Shown piece by piece: positions 20,139-29,258 of a stretch of DNA of 64,000 bases. Numbering within the stretch: the stretch's first letter is position 1; every line of letters begins with the position of its first letter. The notes below the pieces were generated by a model. That model was not told the origin of the DNA and made no database searches. It was given only the letters and a program-made list of their open reading frames with translations. The position numbers were made by a program, and so were the translations under genes. The stretch is from Gemmatimonadales bacterium (GTDB lineage: Bacteria; Gemmatimonadota; Gemmatimonadetes; Gemmatimonadales; GWC2-71-9), in contig DATBGE010000108.1 of the NCBI GenBank assembly GCA_036558125.1, forward strand, positions 30,813 through 94,812. The letters are read 5' to 3'.

Positions 20139-20905
20139 GCAGCGACGGGCGGCTTGCCGATCTCACCGGCTATCTCGATTCCTACCTCCGAATCCGGGAG
20201 ACTCCCGACGAACCCAACGCGCAGAATGGCCTCCAGGTAGAAAACAGTGGAGCGGTTCAGCGCATCGTTGCGGCGGTGGATGCCTCTCAGCAGACGATCG
20301 ACGGGACCGGGAATGGCAGTTTCCTCCTGGTGCACCACGGTTTGTTGTGGGACGGGAATCCCCGCATCACCGGCCGGCACTACCGCCGGCTCAAGGTCCT
20401 ACTCGATCGGGATATCGCCCTGTACGCGGCCCATATTCCACTCGACGTCCATCCGGAAGTGGGAAACAACACGCTGCTGGCCAGTGCACTTGGACTCCGC
20501 GACCTGAGCTGGTTTGGCAACTATCGAGGTATCGCCTTGGGCGTGGTTGGAAAAACATCACTTCCGTCACGCACATCCCTGCAGGCGGAGGTAGAGCGCG
20601 CCGTCGGCGCGACGAGTGGGTCAGCGCGTCTGATACCGGGCGGTCCAGAGCGACCGGTTCAGGTTGGGGTCGTGACTGGAAGCGGTGGGAACATGATGGC
20701 CGCCGCTCGCGAAGCTGGGTGCGACACGCTGGTCTCGGGTGAGGGTGCGGCCCACACCTATTTCGATGCGATGGAATGGGGCCTGAACGTGGTCTATGCA
20801 GGCCACTACGCGACCGAAACCCTTGGCGTACGAGCGCTGGCCGCACACGTTGCATCCCGATTCGGCTTGAGTTGGGAGTTTCACGACCATCCTACCGGAA
20901 TGTGA
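20135..20905 (+). CDS. Nif3-like dinuclear metal centre protein (YbgI/GTP cyclohydrolase 1 type 2 family)
   Basis: NGLQVEN, FLLVHHGLLW, AAHIPLD and GHYATE motifs. GTGA overlap with the upstream gene. Confidence 0.8.
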   Translation: MSSDGRLADLTGYLDSYLRIRETPDEPNAQNGLQVENSGAVQRIVAAVDASQQTIDGTGNGSFLLVHHGLLWDGNPRITGRHYRRLKVLLDRDIALYAAHIPLDVHPEVGNNTLLASALGLRDLSWFGNYRGIALGVVGKTSLPSRTSLQAEVERAVGATSGSARLIPGGPERPVQVGVVTGSGGNMMAAAREAGCDTLVSGEGAAHTYFDAMEWGLNVVYAGHYATETLGVRALAAHVASRFGLSWEFHDHPTGM

Positions 20906-20909
20906 GCGA

Positions 20910-22373
20910 ATGGCTCCGGTTCTCGAGCTTCGAGGAATAACCAAACACTTCGGCCCCGTGCTGGCTCTCCACGGGGCCGATTTCATTCTGGAAGAGGGGG
21001 AGATCCACGCCCTGCTCGGAGAGAATGGCGCAGGGAAATCCACCCTCATGGGGGTGGCGTTTGGCCTGGTCCGGCCGGATGCCGGTCAGATTCTGGTCCG
21101 GGGGACCGCGCAGCAGATCCGGGGGCCGCTCGATGCCCGCCGTCTGGGAATCGGGATGGTGCACCAGCATTTTACTTCGGTTCCCGCGCTCACGGTTGCA
21201 GAGAACATCGGATTGGCTGCGGGTTGGCCGGTCTCGCCCGGTCCCCTGTCTCGCCGGGTCCGAGACCTCGGTGAACAAACCGGACTCCCGATCGATCCGG
21301 CCATGCGAGCCGAGGACCTTCCGGCCGTGCTCAAGCAGCGGCTCGAGGTGCTCAAGGCGCTGGCGACCGACGCGCGAATTCTCCTGCTAGATGAACCCTC
21401 CTCCGTCCTGTCCCCCCCCGAAGCTGAAGCGCTTCTGACCCGCCTTCGAGACTTCCGGTCGAGAGGCATGTCGGCAGTGCTGATCACCCACAAGCTCGAT
21501 GAAGCCATCCGGATTGCGGACCGGATCACGGTTCTGAGGCGGGGAGAGGTGGTTCACACCGGTCCGGCTGGTGCCGAATCTGCACCCCGCCTCGCCGCGC
21601 TGATGATCGGCGATCCGGCGTGGGCTCCGCACCGGCTGAGCCAATCGGCTTCGACCAGCGAGGTCCGGGTGCGGGTTCAAGGGCTAGCCGTCGAGCGGTC
21701 GGGACCCAGCGGCGTTCCGCTTCGCGAGGCCACGTTCAGCGTGAGGTCGGGTGAGGTGGTCGGAATTGCCGCGGTTGAAGGCAATGGGCAGAGAGAGTTG
21801 TTACGCGCGGTTGCCGGGCTGCTCAGGCCATCACGGGGAGATCTCGCCGTCTCGACCCCGGTGTCGTTCGTGCCGGAGGATCGGACCAGCGAAGCGTTGA
21901 TCGGCGAATTCAGTCTGGCTGAAAACCTGGTGATGGCTGAGGGCGAGAGCGGTGCGTGGATCCGAGGGCCGTGGCTCGACTGGGGATCGGTTGAGCGCCG
22001 AACCCAGGAACTGCTTGGGGAGTTTTCCGTGCGGGCGCCAGGGCCGAGGACTCCCGCCGTCGCGCTCAGTGGTGGGAACCAGCAACGAATGGTTCTGGCG
22101 ATGGCGTTGGAGCGTCAACCGACGGTCCTCGTCGCAGAGAATCCTACTCGCGGGCTGGACATCAAGGCCACCGCGGAAATTCACGCGAGACTCCGAGAAG
22201 CCGCAAGGCAGGGAGTCGCTGTGCTTTTCCATTCCAGCGACCTCGATGAAGTGGTTGAGCTGGCGGACCGCGTTCTGGTGGTCAGGGAAGGTCAGGTGAT
22301 CGAGCTCTCGCCGGGGGCGACTCGTCAGGAGATCGGCGCACGGATGCTGGTCGGGGTGCCGGGTGCGAGTTGA
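20910..22373 (+). CDS. ABC transporter ATP-binding protein, duplicated ATPase (sugar/nucleoside type)
   Basis: Two nucleotide-binding domains: GENGAGKST / LLLDEPSS and LSGGNQQR / LVAENPTRGLD. Confidence 0.9.
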   Translation: MAPVLELRGITKHFGPVLALHGADFILEEGEIHALLGENGAGKSTLMGVAFGLVRPDAGQILVRGTAQQIRGPLDARRLGIGMVHQHFTSVPALTVAENIGLAAGWPVSPGPLSRRVRDLGEQTGLPIDPAMRAEDLPAVLKQRLEVLKALATDARILLLDEPSSVLSPPEAEALLTRLRDFRSRGMSAVLITHKLDEAIRIADRITVLRRGEVVHTGPAGAESAPRLAALMIGDPAWAPHRLSQSASTSEVRVRVQGLAVERSGPSGVPLREATFSVRSGEVVGIAAVEGNGQRELLRAVAGLLRPSRGDLAVSTPVSFVPEDRTSEALIGEFSLAENLVMAEGESGAWIRGPWLDWGSVERRTQELLGEFSVRAPGPRTPAVALSGGNQQRMVLAMALERQPTVLVAENPTRGLDIKATAEIHARLREAARQGVAVLFHSSDLDEVVELADRVLVVREGQVIELSPGATRQEIGARMLVGVPGAS

Positions 22374-23388
22374 GCGATTCCTGCCGCTGGTCGCCGCGGT
22401 CCTGGCCGGCATCGCGGTTCTCGCCGTCACGCTGCTGGCCACCGGCCATGATCCGATCATCGCGATGGGTGCCATGTGGCGCGGAGCATTCGGATCGTGG
22501 GATACCATTCTCTCGGCCGTGCTTCCCCGATCGATTCCCCTGATCATCATCGGACTTGGCATTGGCCTGGCCTTCAGGGCTGGGGCGCTGAACATCGGGG
22601 CTGAAGGTCAGTTCTATGCCGGCGCCATCGCCGCAACGTGGGCGGGTCTTCACCTCAACGGATGGCCGGCTCCGCTCGCGATCGCTGCCCTGCTGATCAC
22701 TTCGATCCTGGCCGGTGTCGTATGGGTCGCGGTGCCAGTGCTGTTACGCGTTCGCTTCGGCGTACTGGAAGTGATCAGCACTCTGCTACTGAATTTCGTA
22801 GCCGACGCACTGGTGAGCTGGATGGTGCAGGGACCCCTGCAGGAGGCCAAACGGATCTATCCTCAGAGCGATCCGATCGCTGTGAGCGCCCGGCTGCCGC
22901 AGGTCCCGGGAACTCGGCTGCACCTGGGGCTGCTGCTCGCTGTAGTTCTCGCCCTGGGGCTCTGGCTGATTTATCGGCGTACGCTGTGGGGCTTCCAACT
23001 TCGGGCCACCGGAGCGGGCCCCCTCGCAGCTCGTATCGCAGGACGGATCGACACCAACCGGATGATCGCGACAGCACTGCTGCTCTCAGGGGCAATTGCC
23101 GGTCTCGCCGGGGGGACGGAGGTGTCGGGCGTCTCGTACGCGCTGTTTCAGAGTCTTTCACCCGGGTACGGCTTCACCGGGATCGCCGTGGCGTTGCTGG
23201 CGCGCCTCGATCCTTTAGGCACACTCGCAACCGGACTGCTCTTCGGGGCGCTGGAAGCGGGCGCTGGAGGTCTTCAAAGGGAGGCCGGTGTCCCGGCTGT
23301 TCTGGTTTATCTGATCGAGGCAGTGATCATCATTGTCGTACTGTTGTCCGACGCCTTTGCGCGGCGTCGCAGTGACGGGAGGTTCTGA
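22363..23388 (+). CDS. ABC transporter permease (BMP/ribose-type)
   Basis: Polytopic hydrophobic protein. Overlaps the ATPase stop. Confidence 0.85.
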   Translation: MRVERFLPLVAAVLAGIAVLAVTLLATGHDPIIAMGAMWRGAFGSWDTILSAVLPRSIPLIIIGLGIGLAFRAGALNIGAEGQFYAGAIAATWAGLHLNGWPAPLAIAALLITSILAGVVWVAVPVLLRVRFGVLEVISTLLLNFVADALVSWMVQGPLQEAKRIYPQSDPIAVSARLPQVPGTRLHLGLLLAVVLALGLWLIYRRTLWGFQLRATGAGPLAARIAGRIDTNRMIATALLLSGAIAGLAGGTEVSGVSYALFQSLSPGYGFTGIAVALLARLDPLGTLATGLLFGALEAGAGGLQREAGVPAVLVYLIEAVIIIVVLLSDAFARRRSDGRF

Positions 23389-23391
23389 GAT

Positions 23392-24300
23392 ATGGACGCG
23401 GATCTTCTCGTCTCGTTCCTGACCAGCGCGGTCCGGGTCGCGACACCGCTGCTTCTCGCTGCGCTGGGAGAAACCCTGGCGGAGCGGGGCGGGGTAATCA
23501 ATCTCGGAATCGAAGGAGTCATGCTTGCCGGGGCACTCGCCGCCGCCATCGGCTCCACCGCTGGAGGTCCCTGGGCAGGTACATTCGCCTCCGCGGCGAC
23601 GGGAGCCCTGCTTTCACTCGGGTTTGGTCTCATCGCCGTGGCCGCCGGTGCTAACCAGATCATCACCGGCACAGCAGTCACGCTGGGTGCAGTGGGGGCA
23701 ACCGGTGCCGTCTATCGGGAGGTATACGGTTCCGGGGGCGTGGGACTCAGCCTGCCGACTTTCCGAGTGGTTCCCATACCAGGGCTGGATCGAATCCCCC
23801 TACTCGGCCCTGCATTGTTCGAACAGTCAATCCTATCCTACCTCGGATACGTTGCGGTGCCGGCGATCTGGTTCCTGTTGTTCCGGACCCGGTGGGGCCT
23901 GGCACTGAGGGCGGCGGGCGAGTCAGTGGAAGCTGCGACGGCCGCCGGGGTCCGTGTCAAGCGCGTCCGCATAATCGCTCTGACTCTGGGAGGCATGTTC
24001 GCCGGTATTGCCGGAGCCAGCCTGGTGCTTGCCCAGGTGGGAACGTTCGCGGAGAAGATGACGGCAGGGCGGGGGTTCATGGCAGTCGCCATCGTCGTGC
24101 TGGGTGGCTGGCGACCTGGCCGAGTGGCCTGGGCAGCGCTCTTCTTCGGAGGGGCGATGGCGCTCCAGTTTCTCTTCCAATCGATGCTGTTGAATGTACC
24201 GTACCAGCTTTTCCTGATGCTGCCATACCTGCTGACGCTCCTCGTGCTGGTAGGAGCCGTGGGAAGGGTCAGGTCTCCGGCTGAGCTGGGACGGGGATAG
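23392..24300 (+). CDS. ABC transporter permease (BMP/ribose-type)
   Basis: Polytopic membrane protein starting 4 nt after the previous permease. Confidence 0.85.
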   Translation: MDADLLVSFLTSAVRVATPLLLAALGETLAERGGVINLGIEGVMLAGALAAAIGSTAGGPWAGTFASAATGALLSLGFGLIAVAAGANQIITGTAVTLGAVGATGAVYREVYGSGGVGLSLPTFRVVPIPGLDRIPLLGPALFEQSILSYLGYVAVPAIWFLLFRTRWGLALRAAGESVEAATAAGVRVKRVRIIALTLGGMFAGIAGASLVLAQVGTFAEKMTAGRGFMAVAIVVLGGWRPGRVAWAALFFGGAMALQFLFQSMLLNVPYQLFLMLPYLLTLLVLVGAVGRVRSPAELGRG

Positions 24301-25042
24301 CCTTCGCAGACACTTTACCGCGTTCGGCTTCGATCAGGGCCCGGACCCGGTCCCGAAGATGCTTGATATCCTTGTGCGTCAGGCCGGTCGTTTCGATCGG
24401 ATCAAGCACCTTTACGACTGCATTCACTTTTCCTACCCGCCAGTCGTGTTTGCGGAGTGCGGTGCTGGTCCCCGAAACCACGAGGGGAAGAATGGGAACG
24501 CCGGCATCGATGGCGAGCCGGAACGCGCCGTCTTTGAAGGGGAGCATCTCGCCGGTGGCCGAGCGGGTCCCCTCCGGAAAAATCACAACCGACACTTTCT
24601 TCTTCAGCACTTCCTGGCAGCGCTGCATCGCCTTCACGGCACTCCGCGCGGTCCCGCGCTCGACTGGAATATCTCCCGCCAGATACATGTCCCAGCCGAT
24701 CACCGGTATCCGCATGAGCTCAACCTTGGAAAGCCACTTCATCTCCCAGGGGAGATGGCTGATGAGGAGGATGTCGGCGAAGGACTCGTGATTGGAGACG
24801 ACGACGTAGGGACGTCGGGGATCCGCAACCTTGACTCCCGCGATGCGGAAGCGCCAGTAGGGATTCAGCGTCGAGGTGATAACAGCAACCTGTCGGAAAA
24901 AGAGCCCGGTCCAGTAACGCCCCCGGTCAAAGGGACCGAGCACGAGGCGCATCAAGGCCAGGATCGGTAGCCAGATGAGGAGCGTCCCGCCTAGGACGGT
25001 CCAGGTCCAGATTGAGACGAGGGTGGTGATCAGGCCTTCCAC
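24269..25042 (-). CDS. 1-acyl-sn-glycerol-3-phosphate acyltransferase family protein
   Basis: NHESFAD (HX4D) and FPEGTRS motifs. GTG at 25042 overlaps the upstream TAG by 1 nt; the 25156 start would overlap the VOC gene by 115 nt. Confidence 0.8.
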   Translation of the reverse strand: MEGLITTLVSIWTWTVLGGTLLIWLPILALMRLVLGPFDRGRYWTGLFFRQVAVITSTLNPYWRFRIAGVKVADPRRPYVVVSNHESFADILLISHLPWEMKWLSKVELMRIPVIGWDMYLAGDIPVERGTARSAVKAMQRCQEVLKKKVSVVIFPEGTRSATGEMLPFKDGAFRLAIDAGVPILPLVVSGTSTALRKHDWRVGKVNAVVKVLDPIETTGLTHKDIKHLRDRVRALIEAERGKVSAKAIPVPAQPET

Positions 25043-25404
25043 TACTCGGGCACCGTTTCGTCCCAGAGGGCGAAGACATTCCCGTCCGGGTCGGCAATCA
25101 TCGCCATGACGCCGAAAGATTGCCGGGTTGGCTCCGTCACGAAGCGCACCCCGCACTCGTGCAATCGCTCGCAGTACTGCAGGAGCCCCGAGACGCGGAG
25201 GGTCACCCCCGTATGGCGGCCCACCAGCGCTCGCGCGTCGGGGTGAACTGCCGGATGAACGCCGAGGCGGGTCTCTCCTTCGCAGAATTCGGCGCCGAAG
25301 CTCCCCTCCTTGATAAGCGAGAGGCCGAGGTGATCCCGATAGAAGGTCCTGGCGCGGTCGATGTCGGTGACGAAGATGGCCACGCTATAGAGGGAGGGTG
25401 GCAT
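25042..25404 (-). CDS. VOC/glyoxalase family protein
   Basis: 120 aa. VAIFVTDIDRARTFYRDHLGL ... MIADPDGNVFAL is the typical glyoxalase-fold pattern. Confidence 0.75.
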   Translation of the reverse strand: MPPSLYSVAIFVTDIDRARTFYRDHLGLSLIKEGSFGAEFCEGETRLGVHPAVHPDARALVGRHTGVTLRVSGLLQYCERLHECGVRFVTEPTRQSFGVMAMIADPDGNVFALWDETVPE

Positions 25405-25407
25405 GTT

Positions 25408-26367
25408 CTATCGGGGTTTCAGAGAACTCCAGGCTGCACGCCAGTTGCGACGCATTCGCTCCAGCCCTGGTCGCTGAAGGGGCGTGTCCCCAAAGCTCGC
25501 CGCAAAGGCAGGCTCATCCAGCTCCTCAAAGAAGTCGGGCCCGGCCTCGTCGAGGGTTGTGCGCGGCCGGAACTCCGGCACGCTCGACTCAGTGGCAAAG
25601 CGGACATTCCAGGGACAGACCTCGTTGCAGATATCGCATCCGAAGGCCCAGCCTTCGAACCGGTCGATGAGCTCAGCCGGAATGGGCCCACGATGTTCGA
25701 TGGTGAGATACGAGATGCAGCGGGTCGCGTCGAGGACTCGCGGTGCCTCAAAGGCCTGAGTCGGGCAGGCCTCGAGGCACCTGGTACAGGATCCACAGTG
25801 GTCGGTTTCGAAAGGTGGATCAAGCTCAAGTTTTAGATCGGTAAGGATGGTACCGATGAACATCCAGGATCCCTGTCCCGGACGAATGAGCATCGTGTTC
25901 TTGCCGATCCAGCCCAACCCGGCTCGCTGGGCGAGTTCGCGTTCGGCTAAGGGTCCGGAGTCGGTGTAGGCGCGAGCGGTCTGCGCGCCATTCTGGCGGA
26001 GATAATCTGCCAAGAGCTCTAGCCGCTTGAGGGTGACGGTATGGTAGTCTGTGGCTCGGGCGTACCTGGCGATCTTGGGATGGCCGGTCTGGCCTTCGTC
26101 ACCGTAGTAGTAGCTATCTAGAACAACTACTGCCCGGTTCGCAGTTCTATCCGCTACCTGTGGATTCTTCCGCTTTTTCGCTTGACGGTGGAGGTAGCGC
26201 ATGTTCCCCGCCTTCCCGCTCGCCAGCCAATGGTCGAGCTCCTCACTATGGGGGAGGGGATCGAGCGAGGTGATGGCACAAGCCGAGAATCCCAGTCGAA
26301 TTGCCTCGGTCTTGACCAGGGTTGCGGGAAGGGTCGAAGCGGGTTGTGCGGACAATTCCGGTCTCAC
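25408..26367 (-). CDS. queG: tRNA epoxyqueuosine(34) reductase QueG
   Basis: CGSCTRCLEACPT and CDICNEVCPWN ferredoxin motifs. N-terminal QueG-like region. Confidence 0.9.
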   Translation of the reverse strand: MRPELSAQPASTLPATLVKTEAIRLGFSACAITSLDPLPHSEELDHWLASGKAGNMRYLHRQAKKRKNPQVADRTANRAVVVLDSYYYGDEGQTGHPKIARYARATDYHTVTLKRLELLADYLRQNGAQTARAYTDSGPLAERELAQRAGLGWIGKNTMLIRPGQGSWMFIGTILTDLKLELDPPFETDHCGSCTRCLEACPTQAFEAPRVLDATRCISYLTIEHRGPIPAELIDRFEGWAFGCDICNEVCPWNVRFATESSVPEFRPRTTLDEAGPDFFEELDEPAFAASFGDTPLQRPGLERMRRNWRAAWSSLKPR

Positions 26368-27626
26368 TGGGCTGCGCGCCGCGGGGGCTCCTCGTAGTTG
26401 CGACTGTCTTTGAACCGGATACGCGCCGTGCTTCCAGGAGTTATTTCTCCAATGGCTTCAATCCCTCGGTCGTATCCACGATCATAGGCGACCAGGGCGC
26501 GGCGCATGAACTCCATCTCCGCGGTAATCACGTACGCTTCCTGGCCGGGCCGCCCGTTGCCGTCTCTCCTCACCAACAATTGGTCCTTCGGGTAATTCTC
26601 CTTCAACTCGAAGAGCTTGGGGAAGCCACGCTTCAATTTGGGATCAAGCGTGAAATCCCGTGACTTGATCCCAGTCGCGTCCACCCAGTGGTCTACACTC
26701 TGCCCCGTGATGGTCCGCAGCCGATCATTCATGTTGTAGCCCAGCGTCACGTCGATCGCGAGGAGCTCGAAATCGACCATACCGGAATTGAACGTCATAA
26801 CGACCTCGGACGCCAGACGCCGAGCCAGCTCGAGCGGGTAGAGGTCGATGTTGCCACCGGTGAAGTAGTCGTTTCCCCGGCGCAGCGGCTTCATGAGAAA
26901 TGGATCACGGATGGAGATTGAGGCGGCCTCGCCGACCGAGAAGTCGGTGAACACCTTAGTGTCGAGCGCGACCGCGCTGTTGGGATAGGCTTGGGCGATC
27001 GGAGACTGGAATCCCTCGATCAGCTTCGCGATCTCGGGGTCGGTGAAATAGGTCTCGTGATAGAGCTTTCGTCCCCGGCGAGGAGTCTCTATCTCGTCCG
27101 GCGTGAAAGCCGCGGTCGCACCGACCACGACGATGTGGGGATCATCAGGCCTGCGGTCTGTGAAGGACTTATGCCAGAACGGAAGCGGGATCGAGTCGTC
27201 GTCGAAGAGCGCCAGGGAGAAAAGATCGGGGACCACGTCGCTGTTGGTCTGCCAACCGGTCTGATAGCGAGAGAGTTTCCGGATCAACCGCTCGATGTCC
27301 CGAAATCCGCCGCGCTTGAGCTTGAAGGCCCGGAAAGCCTCGAGCATTGTGGGCGACTGAAGCATGGCCAGCCGCTCCGTGCGGTCCGGGATTCCGTGGA
27401 TCATCGCGCCGACCACCGCAGCGCCACAGGTCGTGATGATGACGTCGGGTTTCCAGCCTCGATCCACTAACGCGTCGTAGACCCCGAACTCGTACATGAA
27501 TTTGAAACCGCCGCCGGTAAGGACCAGTGCCCGCTGAAACGGCCTGGGTGTCGGGACGGAAAGTCCGGGCTTCGCCTGAGCCGACAGGGTACCGCCGAGG
27601 CAAGACAAGGCAAGGCCTAGCCGCAT
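26364..27626 (-). CDS. patatin-like fold protein, divergent (canonical Ser/Asp dyad positions substituted), secreted
   Basis: LVLTGGGFKFMYEFGVYDAL...PDVIITTCGAAVVGA aligns to the patatin GGGxxG...GTSAGA region, but with Cys in place of the Ser nucleophile. Signal peptide from the ATG at 27626. Confidence 0.6.
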   Translation of the reverse strand: MRLGLALSCLGGTLSAQAKPGLSVPTPRPFQRALVLTGGGFKFMYEFGVYDALVDRGWKPDVIITTCGAAVVGAMIHGIPDRTERLAMLQSPTMLEAFRAFKLKRGGFRDIERLIRKLSRYQTGWQTNSDVVPDLFSLALFDDDSIPLPFWHKSFTDRRPDDPHIVVVGATAAFTPDEIETPRRGRKLYHETYFTDPEIAKLIEGFQSPIAQAYPNSAVALDTKVFTDFSVGEAASISIRDPFLMKPLRRGNDYFTGGNIDLYPLELARRLASEVVMTFNSGMVDFELLAIDVTLGYNMNDRLRTITGQSVDHWVDATGIKSRDFTLDPKLKRGFPKLFELKENYPKDQLLVRRDGNGRPGQEAYVITAEMEFMRRALVAYDRGYDRGIEAIGEITPGSTARIRFKDSRNYEEPPRRAAQ

Positions 27627-27646
27627 CAACAGCCGGGTCGTGCGGT

Positions 27647-28936
27647 TCACAGGTCGCTCGAGCGTGGAGGAGGAAGTTGTTGTAGCGGTACCCAGGCACC
27701 GGTGATGAGTCGTGCTCCGCTCTGGTAAGTGAAGTAGGCCCAGGCCCACTGGAAGAGCACGATGACGCGATTACGAAACCCAATCAGATAGAAGATGTGA
27801 ACGAAGATCCAGATGAGCCACGCGAAAAACCCGCCGAACCGGAAGCGTCCCAGATCGGCGACGGCGCGCCCCCGACCGATGACGGCGAGCTGGCCCTTGT
27901 CCCAGTAGGAAAAGGGCACACGGGGACGACCGGCGAGGTCGCCCTGAATGGCCCGAGCTGCGTACTGGCCCATCTGAATGGCAACGGGGGAGATTGCGGG
28001 CAGAGTCTGGTCTCCCTGGTGAACGTAAGCCGCCGCATCACCGAGCACGAAGATTTCGGGGTGACCCGGTGCGGTGCAGTCCGGTTCAACCAGGACTCGG
28101 CCCTGGCGATCGAGTGGGACGTCGAGCGATTTCAGCAGCGGGCTCGCGACATTGCCGGCCGCCCAGACCACGGTTCCCGTCGGAATTGTCCATCCAGCAG
28201 CAGAGACGAAGCCGGGACGGACGTCCGTGACCATCATCGACTCCCGCACTTCGACTCCGAGCCGCCGCAACTGGTCTTTGGCGCGCTGGCTCAACTCGGG
28301 AGGGTAGGTCGGCAGAATTCGAGGCCCACCCTCCAACAACATCACGGTCGCTTCTCGTGGATCGATCCGGCGGAAGTCGCGCTTCAGCGCATAAGACCGG
28401 ATCTCGGCCAGAGCGCCGGCAACTTCCACGCCGGTGGCGCCGCCCCCGATGACGACGAAGGTGAGATGGGCGTGGCGGCGAACTGAATCCGGTTCCCGCT
28501 CGGCCCGCTCGAACGCGAGGAGGATGCGGCGGCGAATTTCGTCCGCATCCTCGAGGCTCTTGAGGCCGGGGGCCAGAATCTCCCAATCGTCGTGGCCGAA
28601 ATACGAGTGTCGGGCTCCGGCCGCAAGTATCAGGTAGTCGTAGTTAAGAATACTACTATCGTCGATGGTAACCTCGCGCTTCCCGGGACGGACTTCGGTG
28701 ACCTCGCCTAAGAGAACCTGGGTATTGGCCTGATGGCGGAGGACCGATCGTATAGGGGACGCGATGTCCGACTCGGAGAGGCCCGCAGTCGCGACCTGGT
28801 ACAGCATCGGCTGGAAGAGGTGGTGATTGTGCCGGTCCACCACCGTTATGCGGACCGGCGCACGCCCCAGACCTTTAGCGGCGTAGAGCCCGGCGAAGCC
28901 CGCACCCACGATCACCACATGGGGCGGGGGCGTCAC
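27647..28936 (-). CDS. ndh: type II NADH dehydrogenase (NDH-2) family FAD/NAD(P)-oxidoreductase
   Basis: VVIVGAGFAGL and VVIGGGATGVE dinucleotide folds, GDAA motif, C-terminal membrane-anchoring helices. Confidence 0.85.
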   Translation of the reverse strand: MTPPPHVVIVGAGFAGLYAAKGLGRAPVRITVVDRHNHHLFQPMLYQVATAGLSESDIASPIRSVLRHQANTQVLLGEVTEVRPGKREVTIDDSSILNYDYLILAAGARHSYFGHDDWEILAPGLKSLEDADEIRRRILLAFERAEREPDSVRRHAHLTFVVIGGGATGVEVAGALAEIRSYALKRDFRRIDPREATVMLLEGGPRILPTYPPELSQRAKDQLRRLGVEVRESMMVTDVRPGFVSAAGWTIPTGTVVWAAGNVASPLLKSLDVPLDRQGRVLVEPDCTAPGHPEIFVLGDAAAYVHQGDQTLPAISPVAIQMGQYAARAIQGDLAGRPRVPFSYWDKGQLAVIGRGRAVADLGRFRFGGFFAWLIWIFVHIFYLIGFRNRVIVLFQWAWAYFTYQSGARLITGAWVPLQQLPPPRSSDL

Positions 28937-29199
28937 AGCTTCAAGATCTCGCGGCGCCAGCGAGCGAACCTGATCACGTCTTCAGCAGGAGGAACGCGCC
29001 GTTCCTCGCCATAGGCGGTATGCATGCGCCACTCGAGATAGGTTCGATCGGGAACAGGAAGGAAGGGCGGTGAGGCCCACCAGCTGCGGCGCCGGAAGGC
29101 CCAGGTGAGCGTCAGCAGGTCCCACGCGATCCGCGGATTGAGCACTGCGCGACCGGCCAGCCGCGGAAGGAGGGACCACCAGGAATCCGGCGCCGCCAT
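28933..29199 (-). CDS. hypothetical Trp/Arg-rich small protein
   Basis: ATGA overlap with ndh. No recognisable motif. Confidence 0.4.
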   Translation of the reverse strand: MAAPDSWWSLLPRLAGRAVLNPRIAWDLLTLTWAFRRRSWWASPPFLPVPDRTYLEWRMHTAYGEERRVPPAEDVIRFARWRREILKL

Positions 29200-29258
29200 G
29201 GACGAAAAGATACATCGTGCCGGGCGAATCACCGAGCCCGCAGATATATTCCCCGCCC

